A stretch of 64,000 bases of DNA from a virus (IMGVR_UViG_3300048597_000624:21225-85224), one strand, 5' to 3'. Counted from the stretch's first letter, positions 27,501 through 36,970 are shown. The notes: a model not told the origin generated them from the letters alone. Made by a program: numbers and translations.

Positions 27501-28978
27501 TTCTGTAGCGCCTCTTCGCCGTCGGTCGGGATCGACGAACCAATCATGCCCGCGACTTCAGCCGGCTTGAGCTTCAACCCCATCTCCCAAGCCATCTGGT
27601 ACGCCTGGAGCTTCTTCTCCACCTCGGGCGATTCGGTGTCGATTACGAATCGCACATAGACCCGCTGCGAGCCGGGGAAGTTGAACAGCTTGAGCGGCTC
27701 GACAAAGTCCGTCGTTAGCGACTCTTCGAGGTTCGTCGCGTCATAGCGAATTATTTGATTAAACGTTTCGAGGTGCAGATCCGCCACGCCACTGCCCAGG
27801 CCGGTCGCTTCGGACTCACTCGACAGGATTTGGCCCAGGATGTATCGCTTGATCTGGTGGCCAAACAGGTCATGCACGATCGACTTGAGCGACTCGACGC
27901 CGGCCGCGTTGGGCTCGATGCGATCGATTCCGTACTGCGATTTCTCTTCGCCCTCGGGGATCGGCACCAGAATGTTATTGTTCTGGTGGGACTCCATTGC
28001 CGCCGCTTCGGCCTTTTCTTTCCCCTCGGGGTTCCCCAGCGGGTAGTACCAGATTGTGAAGCCTTGTCCCACGCGCTCGAGATATTCGACCAGCATCGCG
28101 AGGGCTTCTTGTTTCTGATACCACGCCCAGTAGATGCGCGAGCGCACGCCGACGCCATGAATCGCACCGGCGTCAATTGGCGATTCGTAGGCCGCGTCTT
28201 CAACCATGTGCTTGTGCAGCACGATCGCGCGACGTTCCCAATCCTCCAGGAAATACCCCATGCCCTGATCGGTCGCGACCACCTTGTGCGGTCCGACCAG
28301 GTCGCCGGGCTTGAAGTTTCCCGCCACGCGGATGCCGATTTGGTCTGGATCCCAGCCCTCTTCGTTCACTCCGGGGATATCTTGGCGAAAGAGCAGCTTG
28401 TCGCCGTTGATCGGGCGCCACTTGCGAACGATCAGCCGTTGCTGGCCGTGGACGTAGTCCCAGTTGAACAGGTTGTTGATCGCGGATCGTCCGAACCAAA
28501 CCGCTTCCTGCAGCGAGCGGCGATACTCCACGAACCGCGAGGTCCGGCGAATGATCGCGGTGAGGTCGTCGACGAGCTTCTTTTGCAGCGGGGAATTCTC
28601 GTCTTCCGCCTCGAGGTGCCAATTGAGCAGCGCCACGCAACGCTGGCGAGCCTCCAGGCACTCCATCACCGTGCAATCGTTGCGCATGTACCGCGCGTTG
28701 TCTTTCGAGTGGCGGTAGGCTTCGTCCGGATTGCGGTAGACCTTGGCGAGGTTGGAAATCAAACCCTGGAACGTCATCACGTGCGGCATCACCGGCATGC
28801 CGAAGCCGGGAGGGGCTCCCTTGATGCCGCGCGCAGGATCGTGCGACTTCACGTTGGGCGGGCTGGCCTGGCCGTTTGCGTGGCCATTGGTGGACGGCTT
28901 GGGCGGGCGCGGCGTGCGGGCAACCAGCGGGCGGGCGTTGTCGGGCAGGTTGCCGCGAGAGGGGAGGGGAGCGGCCAT
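24524..28978 (-). CDS. Portal protein (DUF935/Mu gp29-like) fused to Nudix hydrolase, MutS_I-like and zincin metallopeptidase domains
   Basis: N-terminal EAVWFGRS..ILGQILSS..GLGSG.ADLH portal motifs; Nudix box GHRRDGEDPRKAAAREVEEETG; ILLV..GDYHAFG..A..L..LVNRGHRVGIVD; HELAH...SKYA.TD..EGWAE. Confidence 0.85.
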   Translation of the reverse strand: MAAPLPSRGNLPDNARPLVARTPRPPKPSTNGHANGQASPPNVKSHDPARGIKGAPPGFGMPVMPHVMTFQGLISNLAKVYRNPDEAYRHSKDNARYMRNDCTVMECLEARQRCVALLNWHLEAEDENSPLQKKLVDDLTAIIRRTSRFVEYRRSLQEAVWFGRSAINNLFNWDYVHGQQRLIVRKWRPINGDKLLFRQDIPGVNEEGWDPDQIGIRVAGNFKPGDLVGPHKVVATDQGMGYFLEDWERRAIVLHKHMVEDAAYESPIDAGAIHGVGVRSRIYWAWYQKQEALAMLVEYLERVGQGFTIWYYPLGNPEGKEKAEAAAMESHQNNNILVPIPEGEEKSQYGIDRIEPNAAGVESLKSIVHDLFGHQIKRYILGQILSSESEATGLGSGVADLHLETFNQIIRYDATNLEESLTTDFVEPLKLFNFPGSQRVYVRFVIDTESPEVEKKLQAYQMAWEMGLKLKPAEVAGMIGSSIPTDGEEALQNPTFSQGAGMGLGLPGMPGQQPGQPGQPGDNLPGSRSTVAFPQNPLAGGDDDEGPGEDGPEVDDDPDDDPDKPDDDGPEGDKQKAAAADGGLQLRMYGPAGGATPRQYAKRDDAESIIVEDDDPDIVATAIIHDGKVLLVRRSEASTRTGEWECPAGHRRDGEDPRKAAAREVEEETGLSIEFLPGEVPFETRNGKSGVMYRAQVAAGSSSNVDTNPKEHDYHWWLSLDSLAKLDDATTPPDLRQQIEKLAEDLPEKLKHRRNKEGRRVYRAEPDPEPKGAQWKTVGGAPALVGEDGHIHAGCPGLEGEDVDDLRDESDESRARRARKQDAHEDHRDSVLREAHDRALEMAPAGTILLVNENGDYHAFGAGAARLNEHLELGNGKHAVIKQADLEGHLNTLVNRGHRVGIVDAPGHATPHREDDDHEGYPDAWDDIDMVGDEEPTPQEQPETGEQMESPVETEIDAPTQPDPAKADAARRARAELEQSKEAIRRAWRQAGQNPPDELLPKQEASVRELESAAGLPPGGEPKSQPQSQQQPAKQPKPKRTSEGRLGQAISALAEEHNLDAATLRDAVDFVWEEKRQAITDREHAKMQLREIMGLTRNDFARLSNAGKDYTAIPGFDVKATSVAASLPELGLGNHAEGYSEDLGERVWDMLGEGRIEPPARWSNEVLSEAVDLAHQAGKYVPARDDAIESVPFARTRRFLRKYARQTRLFDDDPQANSGTQKGLDFESKHPRDDEGKFVEKESAGSGSSSSESSSTPAAAAKESTADDSAESELHAARESVRAKLLKDMPEQLKRLSKDKQQAYRAAISRAIDGMNGECLRRVDRFVSSVQWKPSVSGVTAEARRRGSRIPRGATVMGFFAYPIYRSTGKPTHEDLNGTLCLDGGEDTGERVGTADPGSDITAAGTHAHELAHAIGGHDFDYTPEWKKNWQEEINLPSTPLSKYAKTDAQEGWAEFGRLLFLDREKAEANYPKCFQYWRDKGLV

Positions 28979-29073
28979 AGTCGATCACCGGAGTTTACCG
29001 GGGCGACCGCTCCGTCAGCGGACTAGGGACGCAGGATGGGGCCGCCACGCTGGCCGGCGCGACGACGTTCGCT

Positions 29074-29103
29074 ATGGTAGCGAAGTGAGGGCGGGGGCGG
29101 CAA
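29074..29103 (-). promoter_or_regulatory. sigma70-like promoter upstream of portal
   Basis: TTGCCG-18 bp-TACCAT in intergenic gap. Confidence 0.4.
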
Positions 29104-29124
29104 TCACGAGGTTAAAGCCCCGCA

Positions 29125-29823
29125 TCACAGCAGGCCGGCGTCCGCGAGTTTGGCCGCCTTCCTGGCGAATCGTTTGAGGTCCATCGGTGCATAGCCGAAC
29201 ACTTCGTAGTTGCGCCCATTGTGTTGGAGCGTCTTGCGGAGGTAGCGATAGGTGACGCGCGTCGGCCCGGGCGGATACCAGTGAGTTTCCTTGCCGGTCA
29301 GAGCTTCAATCTCGCGATCCTCCAGGCAGGGGCGATAGGTCTGCGTGATTGCCTTGTCGCACACCTCGGTTTTCGGGTCGAGGAAGTCTTTGGTGTTGTG
29401 GAAGGGTCCGCCGATGAATGGAAACTCGACTTTGACTGAGGCGGCGATATGGGCTGTGGAGCAGCACTGGTGATTCGGATCAGGCGGAGTCGCTGACATA
29501 TTCACGCTTTTGACCGGATAGCCCAGTATCGTCTCCGGAAGAACTTTGGTCGTTGCAAACGTTCCAGTGATTCCATGTGGCGGATAGCTTCCGAGCATTA
29601 CCGACGTGACGTAAACCGTCCAGTACATTCCCGGAGTGTTCAATCTCATCGGCTCGTTAAAGCGGATCGGTGGGCCGTCGTGAGATACTTCGCTGAACTC
29701 AACCGCCCACCGCTCGCCATCGTCCGAAAGATAGAGAGCAAAGTAGCCAAACGACACTACGGACTTGCCCTCGTCATTCGTGAGTGAGCCGCGACTGCCC
29801 GTGATCGAAGGCTTAAGCTGCAT
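29125..29823 (-). CDS. Hypothetical protein
   Basis: 232-aa ORF in operon orientation. Confidence 0.6.
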   Translation of the reverse strand: MQLKPSITGSRGSLTNDEGKSVVSFGYFALYLSDDGERWAVEFSEVSHDGPPIRFNEPMRLNTPGMYWTVYVTSVMLGSYPPHGITGTFATTKVLPETILGYPVKSVNMSATPPDPNHQCCSTAHIAASVKVEFPFIGGPFHNTKDFLDPKTEVCDKAITQTYRPCLEDREIEALTGKETHWYPPGPTRVTYRYLRKTLQHNGRNYEVFGYAPMDLKRFARKAAKLADAGLL

Positions 29824-29872
29824 CGCTCTTATTCCAGTTTTTCCCGCTTTTCCGGAATAACGGGAAAGTTAT

Positions 29873-30253
29873 TCAAGTTGCCTTGGATTCTTCCGGGACC
29901 GGTTCAACACGCCGCTCCGGATCCGTCAGCCAGCTATAGGCGGACTTCTCAAGCGGTGCCGGCGCAACAAACGCTCCGCTCACTCGCATGCTGCCCAGTC
30001 CGTCCTTGGTGTTCGTCGCTTCGACCGTCATCACCACGTGCCGGTAGTCTTGATTGGCGATCCGCAGTTGCAGGGCCTTCGTTCCGAGCAACTCGCCAAG
30101 ATCGAACGGTTCGGACGGCAGGCAGGTCAGGCGGAACTTGCAGGCCGGCGGCGCGGAATCGTCGATCATCAGGCTCCATTGCTCGAACTCAAGGAGCGTG
30201 GTTCCGGTGGAGTCCATGAGCAAACCGGATTCGCCGTGGATGGTTTCTCTCAT
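29873..30253 (-). CDS. Hypothetical protein
   Basis: 126-aa ORF, start overlaps upstream stop. Confidence 0.55.
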   Translation of the reverse strand: MRETIHGESGLLMDSTGTTLLEFEQWSLMIDDSAPPACKFRLTCLPSEPFDLGELLGTKALQLRIANQDYRHVVMTVEATNTKDGLGSMRVSGAFVAPAPLEKSAYSWLTDPERRVEPVPEESKAT

Positions 30254-30462
30254 GTCAGCTTGGTTTCTGATAGTCGCTGTTTGATTTGGATGAACAATCG
30301 GCAGCGGCGCCTGATCGTGTCTATCAGGTCATCTTTAAGACTCACGCTTGCGGCCTTTCCGGCTTGATTGACCATCATGCCAATCGCCTCGCACTCTTCT
30401 CCATACTCGCGAATCAGATGCAGCAGCGGTTCTTTTGCACTCACGGCACATCCCCCGGGCAA
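30250..30462 (-). CDS. Hypothetical protein
   Basis: 70-aa ORF coupled to neighbours. Confidence 0.45.
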   Translation of the reverse strand: MPGGCAVSAKEPLLHLIREYGEECEAIGMMVNQAGKAASVSLKDDLIDTIRRRCRLFIQIKQRLSETKLT

Positions 30463-30698
30463 GGCTCGACGATCGGCGGCATGTCAGGCGGGAGCGGTTT
30501 GGGTTCGTCCATTTCGAGTCGCTCTCGAAGCTTCTTGTAGATCAGCCACACTCCGAAGGGAACAAGGCTGGGGCCGAACGCAGTTTCAACGCTCGCCGAT
30601 TCGCCCACTTTACTGAACCCTCGTCGCCCGAATCTCAATGTACAAGCAAATCGCCATCGCCGCGGCGGACAGGACGTAGGGCAGGTATTGCCAGAAAT

Positions 30699-30983
30699 TC
30701 ACTTCGGACCCTCTCGCCGCCGCGATTCTTTAAGGAAAAAGCGATAGGAATCCCAGTCACTCATCACTTTGAGTCCAGACGCAAACAAAATCAAGCAATA
30801 CCCAGCGATCGCGAATGGATTCCAGTATTGCGGGAGGATGAACAAGGAAGTCAGTACCAAAGCCGCCAACAACACCAGGTCCGCCGCAAAATCTTCCCAT
30901 GCGGTATCAAGCATCCATTCAAGCATGCTGTCGTCCAGCGTGCGAACAAACCTTGCGATGTCGCTTTCGTCGAGAACGCTCAC
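30699..30983 (-). CDS. Small two-TM membrane protein
   Basis: 94 aa with two hydrophobic helices, GTGA overlap. Confidence 0.5.
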   Translation of the reverse strand: MSVLDESDIARFVRTLDDSMLEWMLDTAWEDFAADLVLLAALVLTSLFILPQYWNPFAIAGYCLILFASGLKVMSDWDSYRFFLKESRRREGPK

Positions 30984-32200
30984 TGCAACCCCCTCGAAGC
31001 ACTCGGCATTCCAACGCTCGGCAACAGACTCCGGAAATACTTGCCGTTCTGCTGGATCGTGCGTTGCTTGAACCCGCCATCGACCACCGCCTTGCGTGGC
31101 ACATACGTCGCAGCGGCCGTCCCGTCCTCGTAGAACGCCGTGGTCGCAGCGGCCAGCCGATAGTCAAACCGGTGCCCCCAGACGGTTCCACGGATCCGCA
31201 GGATATCCCAGACGGCTTCGCCTTTCGAGTCGGCCGCCTTCATCCGCATGAAGGCTCGCTCAGGAACGTCGAAGTATTCGTACACCGCGCCGGGCGACCC
31301 GGACTGAGCCCCAATCTTGCCGCGGAATCGCTTCTTTCCCAGCCGGTTCTTGTAGACCTGGATGGCTTTGACGATCGGATTGAAATACTGCACCGTCAGC
31401 GTGCGAGTCGAGCGATCGTAACCAAATGCGTACACGCTGGACGAACCGAAGACGCGAATGTACCGGTCAGGATCGCCGTCGGGCCCGGGCTTGCCCAGCA
31501 CGTGGAACCCGCGATCGTCATCGCCTCCGCCGCTCCCTTTGCCGCCTGATCGTCCGCTACTGCCACCATTGCCGCCGGCGCTGCCCGATCCATCGCGCGA
31601 GCCAAAGCGACCCGTTGCCGCACTGCGACCGCTGGGCCCGCCGCGACCGACGTTGCTTGTGCCCGGTCCGTAGGATCCGCCGCGCCGCTGGTTCTTGGGC
31701 GAAATGACCGTCGCTTCGGTCTTCTCGGCCAGCGGGATCGGCGGCATGTCCTCCACGGGGTTGTGGAACACTCCGGTCGACCGATACGACGGCGGCGGCA
31801 GGTGCGGAGTTTCCAGCGTGTAGCCAGCTCGCTCGAGCGATCGGTGTGCGTCGTCGATAGCCCGCTGCGATGTTCGGCCACCCCGACCACCGCGAGCAGC
31901 GTTGACGAGCGTTCCAATCGCTCGAGCGAGTGAACCAGCTTGTGTGAAGAGTCGCGCGAGCGAGCCCAACGCGGGGGCCGAAGTTGGCGCGATGGATTGG
32001 GAGACGTTCATCGCGTAGCGGACGGTTTGTCCGATGGTGCGCTGAGTGCGTCGATCGGCGAGCGAGTTGAAGGCGTCTTGCGCGAGCGTGTTGGCGCTGA
32101 GTCGGCTGCGGGTTCGGTTGCCGGCATTACGCGACGACGAGCCCCCAGGCCGGAACGGGCCGGAGCGTGTCGGTCGGAATGGGCCGGTCGAGCGGTTCAT
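30980..32200 (-). CDS. Arg/Gly-rich protein with C-terminal KTSC domain
   Basis: SSSVYAFGYD..TLTVQYF...YEYFDVPERAFMRMKAADSKG motif. Confidence 0.75.
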   Translation of the reverse strand: MNRSTGPFRPTRSGPFRPGGSSSRNAGNRTRSRLSANTLAQDAFNSLADRRTQRTIGQTVRYAMNVSQSIAPTSAPALGSLARLFTQAGSLARAIGTLVNAARGGRGGRTSQRAIDDAHRSLERAGYTLETPHLPPPSYRSTGVFHNPVEDMPPIPLAEKTEATVISPKNQRRGGSYGPGTSNVGRGGPSGRSAATGRFGSRDGSGSAGGNGGSSGRSGGKGSGGGDDDRGFHVLGKPGPDGDPDRYIRVFGSSSVYAFGYDRSTRTLTVQYFNPIVKAIQVYKNRLGKKRFRGKIGAQSGSPGAVYEYFDVPERAFMRMKAADSKGEAVWDILRIRGTVWGHRFDYRLAAATTAFYEDGTAAATYVPRKAVVDGGFKQRTIQQNGKYFRSLLPSVGMPSASRGLQ

Positions 32201-32574
32201 TGGGCTCCCTGGCTCTCCAGTCTGATTCGTTGGGCCAGCACGTCAGTTACGACAACCGGATTGAACAAGTATCGCGTTCCGGCCTTTATCGCGGGAATGC
32301 GTCCAGCCTCAACTTCCTCCTTCAGCCACTTCTTGGTTACTCCCAGTCGGCTCGCTTGCCGATTATCCGTCAAAATCTCCGCTGCCCTTCCGGCAAGAGA
32401 ATCAACTCCGTTATCAACCAAGGCCTGTATGGCATCGTGGAATTCGACAACTGCGGGATTGGGATTGTCCCGGTTAAGCGGGCGATTATTGCTCAGAAAG
32501 CCACTGCAAACACCAATGGCCCGGGTGAGGTCCATTACGAATCCTCCTTCGAGGTTCGCGCTTTGGGACGCCAC
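32197..32574 (-). CDS. Excisionase-like helix-turn-helix DNA-binding protein
   Basis: LTDNRQASRLGVTKKWLKEEVEAGRIPAIKAGTRYLFN. Confidence 0.7.
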   Translation of the reverse strand: MASQSANLEGGFVMDLTRAIGVCSGFLSNNRPLNRDNPNPAVVEFHDAIQALVDNGVDSLAGRAAEILTDNRQASRLGVTKKWLKEEVEAGRIPAIKAGTRYLFNPVVVTDVLAQRIRLESQGAQ

Positions 32575-32882
32575 GGCACCGGGCCCTCGTGCAAGGGAGC
32601 GATGCCGCCGTTGACCTTGGACAGAATCTTGCTGAGTTTCCAGCCAGCAAAATCAGCCACTCGCGCGGCATCACGCTGCGACGTCAGGTCGTCCGGGTTG
32701 GCCGATTCGACGATGAGTTGCCGGCACTCGCGCACGATTTCGAGGGCACGCTCACGCGAGAGCTCGCCGCCGCTGGAGACGACTTGGGCGGCGAAGTCGT
32801 CCAGTCGCGAATAGATCACCGCTGCCGCCGGCATGGAGGCGGTTTCGGTGCGGAAGGTTGCGATGGCTTCGTCGATGGTCAT
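32535..32882 (-). CDS. Hypothetical protein
   Basis: 115-aa ORF in operon. Confidence 0.5.
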   Translation of the reverse strand: MTIDEAIATFRTETASMPAAAVIYSRLDDFAAQVVSSGGELSRERALEIVRECRQLIVESANPDDLTSQRDAARVADFAGWKLSKILSKVNGGIAPLHEGPVPWRPKARTSKEDS

Positions 32883-33176
32883 TGGTTGTCTTTCCGGAGT
32901 TCTAAATCAAGGCGAGCACGACAGCACACCACCGCAAAGGCTGAGATCGGCCAAACCACAATGCCCACAACGATTGTTGCCGCGGACAGACATCCGATGA
33001 CTTCGATGGTCATTCGTCACCGCCTGAAATGATTTCCCAAGTACCGACCCGCCAGTGATGGTAAATCAACTCGGCATCTACGAACACCGGATCGACCATG
33101 ACAACGGGATTCGGGTCAACCTCCAGTTCGTGGCCGTTGTAGACGAGCGTGGTTGTGTCGGGCTGATCGAACTGGA

Positions 33177-33485
33177 TCATTGCTGTTGCACCACGGTCCC
33201 AAACAAAACTTGCGCCGCCTGAACCGTCACTTTGCCGAGATGGATGATTTCCGACTCGCCGTCCCTCACGGTCGGAAACGACGAGTGCTCGAATGCGATC
33301 AAGAAATCGTCCGTCTCTTTGCTGAATCCTATCCAGCGGGGAATTGCGCCCTTAGGGACCGGTGATTGGAGTACCACGCCGCCGTTGGTACCCAGCAATG
33401 CCATCAGGTCGATGCGTGAGATTGCGATGGATGCGACTCTCGGGCCTTCTTCGGGATGAAAGATCTCGCCGTTCACGTGGTTCAT
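33177..33485 (-). CDS. Hypothetical protein
   Basis: 102-aa ORF, ATGA overlap with terminase stop. Confidence 0.55.
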   Translation of the reverse strand: MNHVNGEIFHPEEGPRVASIAISRIDLMALLGTNGGVVLQSPVPKGAIPRWIGFSKETDDFLIAFEHSSFPTVRDGESEIIHLGKVTVQAAQVLFGTVVQQQ

Positions 33486-34972
33486 CGCGAATGCCTCTTG
33501 AACTGCAATTGCTTCCGCTGGGGAAGCGGCGCCTTCTTCGCAACTGGCACTTCTCCGCCTACTCGCTGCCGATCACTATGCAATCCATATCGCAGCGCGT
33601 CAACGCAGTCATCGTTGCGCTTGAGCGGAGTGGGGGCCGCGACCTGCGGATTTATGCCGCGCCCGTTCGACCGACGCCAGCGGTAAGTTCGCATTTCCTT
33701 GGCCAGGTGCGGGCAGTTGCCGCGGTGGATCAGCAGCCGCGGCCGGTTGGTCATCGAATTGAGTTTCAGCATCGACCGGACTGTCTCGATCCCCTTGTAC
33801 ACGTTGTTGTTCGCCGGCGAGACCGGGATCCCGTGGGCGGCAAAAAGGTTGATTAGGTCTGGCCGAGACGGATCCGCATAGGTCGAACCGTAGCGGGCGT
33901 TGTTCGTCGGCCAGGGGTGCCGATCCTTGATCTCGGCAATGTGGTCCAGCGCGGTCAGGTGCTGCGAGTTGTTCCAGTATTCGTCGTAGACGTGGTAGTC
34001 GCCCAGCCCATCGCGGAATAGCCACAGCGTTACGAACGGGTGTTCCGCCGACGCGCCCCAGTCGATCGAGCGGAAATGCCAGGCACCGGGCGGGATCTCG
34101 ATGTCGTCGACGAGGTGGATGCGGGGGTTGAAAGTCTGGTAGATCGAGCCTTCGTAGCTGGCAAATGCTCCCGTCTTGCGGGTTTCCAGCATTTCATCGG
34201 AGACCGACGCGAAGAACGTGTCGTACCATTCGTCCGACAGGTTCCCGCGATTCCGCTCGGTGTTGAGGCGGAAGAACGACCAACCCTCGGGCGGATCGTC
34301 GAAAATCTCTTCAATCGGAGCCGACAACTCCGGATCGATCGGCGTAAACTCGCCCCACACGCCACCGGGGTACATGCAATCTCGGCAGCCGCGCAGCACT
34401 TCGAGGAAGATCTCGAACGGGAACTGCTCTGAGAACCAAGCGCCGCCGATCGAACTAGCCTGCATCTTGTCGCGGCCCTGCTCGTAGCTCTTGAACTCGA
34501 CGATCCAGTTCTTGCCCGGGCGCCCGTGCCATGGCTTGAGCGGAACGGCGTAAGGCCAGCCGCGATTGACTCGGTACCACTGCACGCGCTTCCAGTCGAT
34601 CACGTCCTTGGGCAGGTAGCGCGAGAGCTTTTCAAACCAGCACACGCCGCAGGACTGATCGTAGGTGTTGGAGATCACCCAGAACGGCGTATCGCGGCGT
34701 GGCGGAGGCTGGTCGAAGAGCAAGAACTTCGCGCACTTGTAGGCGCCGGCTTCGGTCTTGCCCGAGGCGTTGCCGCCGATCGCCATGGAGACGACCGACT
34801 TGGAATGTACGAACCCTTCCTGCTCGTCGTAATCGGCCGGGTTGTCGGGCCGCGGCTGGAAGGTGTACAGCGCTTGCTGGTGGAAGCGGTTGAATTCGCC
34901 GATTAGGTCATCGTCGCCGCTCGAAAGAACGACGTCCCAATCGTCGGCAGTGAAGGGTGAGGCGATGGGCAT
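33482..34972 (-). CDS. terL: Terminase large subunit
   Basis: Walker A GGNASGKT, FKSYEQGR, FTPI coupling motif, nuclease SIDWG, YADPS, NDDCVDALRY. Confidence 0.92.
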   Translation of the reverse strand: MPIASPFTADDWDVVLSSGDDDLIGEFNRFHQQALYTFQPRPDNPADYDEQEGFVHSKSVVSMAIGGNASGKTEAGAYKCAKFLLFDQPPPRRDTPFWVISNTYDQSCGVCWFEKLSRYLPKDVIDWKRVQWYRVNRGWPYAVPLKPWHGRPGKNWIVEFKSYEQGRDKMQASSIGGAWFSEQFPFEIFLEVLRGCRDCMYPGGVWGEFTPIDPELSAPIEEIFDDPPEGWSFFRLNTERNRGNLSDEWYDTFFASVSDEMLETRKTGAFASYEGSIYQTFNPRIHLVDDIEIPPGAWHFRSIDWGASAEHPFVTLWLFRDGLGDYHVYDEYWNNSQHLTALDHIAEIKDRHPWPTNNARYGSTYADPSRPDLINLFAAHGIPVSPANNNVYKGIETVRSMLKLNSMTNRPRLLIHRGNCPHLAKEMRTYRWRRSNGRGINPQVAAPTPLKRNDDCVDALRYGLHSDRQRVGGEVPVAKKAPLPQRKQLQFKRHSR

Positions 34973-35334
34973 CAGCAGTAAGCCGTAGACGTCGGACGTT
35001 TCAGGGTCGGCGGTACGCTCGGGTCATCCATCCAAGCGCGGAACTCACGAGTCTCGCCCTGGCCGTCGCACTCCGGGCAGCTTGCTCGCTTCGAGAACAA
35101 CCAGCCGAGAATGCCGCGAGCGGTCGGGAGCCAGCCGCGGCCGTAGCAGCGCGAGCACGTGCGATCTGTCGGGCAGTTTGGATAGTCCATCGTGCGTTGA
35201 TCGCCAGAAGACTTGACCATGGCTCGCCTCAGGTGCCGCGGAACCGGAACGGACGAACCAATCCGCTGACCCCAGACGCCAGTACGAACGACGTCCGGTT
35301 TTGTTGGCATCGGAGGTGGTCCGTTGCGGCTCAT
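34972..35334 (-). CDS. DnaJ-type zinc-finger small protein
   Basis: CSRCYGRG and CPECDGQG. Confidence 0.5.
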   Translation of the reverse strand: MSRNGPPPMPTKPDVVRTGVWGQRIGSSVPVPRHLRRAMVKSSGDQRTMDYPNCPTDRTCSRCYGRGWLPTARGILGWLFSKRASCPECDGQGETREFRAWMDDPSVPPTLKRPTSTAYC

Positions 35335-35358
35335 GTCAGCCTTTCACTGAATCACTAG

Positions 35359-35395
35359 AAAAGCCCCGGGAGGTGGTTTCGGATCCTCCCGGGGC
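35359..35395 (-). terminator. Rho-independent terminator
   Basis: GCCCCGGGAGG...CCTCCCGGGGC stem followed by TTTT. Confidence 0.65.
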
Positions 35396-35414
35396 GCGTA
35401 GCAACAACAAGCCG

Positions 35415-36338
35415 CTACGCCGCTGATTCCTGCGTAGCCTTGGCCTTTTTCTTCGCCTTCGACGTCTCGCCCGATTGACGCCTCAGCATCCGCGTGACGA
35501 ACTTGGTTTGGATCCCGAGATACTCGGCGATCTGCTTGGGCTCGTAGCCGCGCTGCGTCATCAACGCGACCCGTTCTTCGTCGCCGAGTTGATACTCCTC
35601 GTCATTCAGCGGGGGAGCATCCTCCGCGGAATCGAGCGGTCCGCCGTGCTCGTCATCGTCGATCGCATCCTCATCGAGATCCTCATCGTCCGGGCCGGCT
35701 TCAACCTCCGGCGCGTCGCTCTCGACCACGCCCGACGCTTCCGCCCCAGGACCGGCCATCGTCCGCATCACGCGACTGCTGCGAGCCTTGGGAGCCTTGG
35801 CGTTGGCGGCCCGATTCGCGTTTCGCTCCAGCTTGGCTTCGAGCTCGCGCCGCTCGTCCAGGAACTGCTGGTCGCGCGTGCACAGCGTGCCAGGCTTGAT
35901 GATCGACCCAGGATTTGCGATTTCTTTGTCGATGTCATCGTAGTGGATCGGCCACATGGCACTGATCTGGAGCTTACTGACGCCGGCCTTGGCGAGCTCG
36001 GCGACGGACGGGATCGGCTCGAGCGGCTTGGGCGGGTTGAACTGCTCTCGCAATCGGAGGATGTTTTCCCACGCGCGCCAGAATCCCTCGTGCGGATTGG
36101 GATTCTTCTGGTTGTCGCGATTCTCGAATTTTTCCCACTCTTCGCTCATGCGAACCATCGCGTCGCGCATCGGCATGCACGCCGGCGGCAGCTCCGCGTC
36201 GAACCATTTCTGGAGCATCGTTTCGAGCGACTCATAGAACTCCACGCTGGGGTATTGCGCGGGAGAGATCACGTAGGCCTCGTGAACCTCCTTGAACCCG
36301 TCGATCTGATCGAGCAGCATTTTCACTTGAGCGTTCAT
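35415..36338 (-). CDS. Hypothetical protein with C-terminal HTH
   Basis: RGYEPKQIAEYLGIQTKFVTRML. Confidence 0.65.
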   Translation of the reverse strand: MNAQVKMLLDQIDGFKEVHEAYVISPAQYPSVEFYESLETMLQKWFDAELPPACMPMRDAMVRMSEEWEKFENRDNQKNPNPHEGFWRAWENILRLREQFNPPKPLEPIPSVAELAKAGVSKLQISAMWPIHYDDIDKEIANPGSIIKPGTLCTRDQQFLDERRELEAKLERNANRAANAKAPKARSSRVMRTMAGPGAEASGVVESDAPEVEAGPDDEDLDEDAIDDDEHGGPLDSAEDAPPLNDEEYQLGDEERVALMTQRGYEPKQIAEYLGIQTKFVTRMLRRQSGETSKAKKKAKATQESAA

Positions 36339-36970
36339 GACTGGCCCTTTCCTGGTTTGCCGTTGCCGTTGTTAGGTGAATGGCCGTTGCGGCTGGCATT
36401 CCGCGGCGGGCCGATGTTCGGTCGAGCTTGGGACGATTGAGGCTTGGACTGGGACGATTCGGGTTGCTGGGGCTCTTGCGGCTTCCTGTCGCGGAACGAA
36501 TCGATCTTCTCCCGCAATTCCCGCAAAGCTTCGGACGGCGACTTGATGTCATCCGTCAAATGCGTCAGCCCCACGTTGATGTTCTCGGATCGATCGCTTT
36601 GGCCAAGATGCTGCTGGCCAAGCCACTTGAGCATGGAGGGATTGCCCTCGCGCGCGGCCTTGAATTGCAACCGCCGCAGGGACATTTTGCCGGCTTCCTG
36701 TCCGTCCTTGATGACCTGGGCGAACCGGCGCTGCAGGGTGTCTTCCGAGCAATCGAACACCGCCGCCATTTCCTTGAGCGTGCATTGAATCTTCGCCATT
36801 TCGAAGACTTGCTTCTCACTGATCTCCTTGCGCGGCCGACCGCCCGGATGCTTGGGCTTCTCGCCATCCGCTTCCGCCGGCGGAGTCGCGTTGCTCGCCT
36901 GCGAAGCCTTGGAAGCTTTCGAATTTGCTGGTTTCTTTTTTGCTGGTTTCTTCTTCGCCATGATCGTCAC
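36335..36970 (-). CDS. Terminase small subunit-like HTH protein
   Basis: GGRPRKEI, CTLKEMAAVFDCSEDTL, SLRRLQFKAA..GNPSMLKWLGQQHLGQ; upstream of TerL. Confidence 0.75.
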   Translation of the reverse strand: MTIMAKKKPAKKKPANSKASKASQASNATPPAEADGEKPKHPGGRPRKEISEKQVFEMAKIQCTLKEMAAVFDCSEDTLQRRFAQVIKDGQEAGKMSLRRLQFKAAREGNPSMLKWLGQQHLGQSDRSENINVGLTHLTDDIKSPSEALRELREKIDSFRDRKPQEPQQPESSQSKPQSSQARPNIGPPRNASRNGHSPNNGNGKPGKGQS

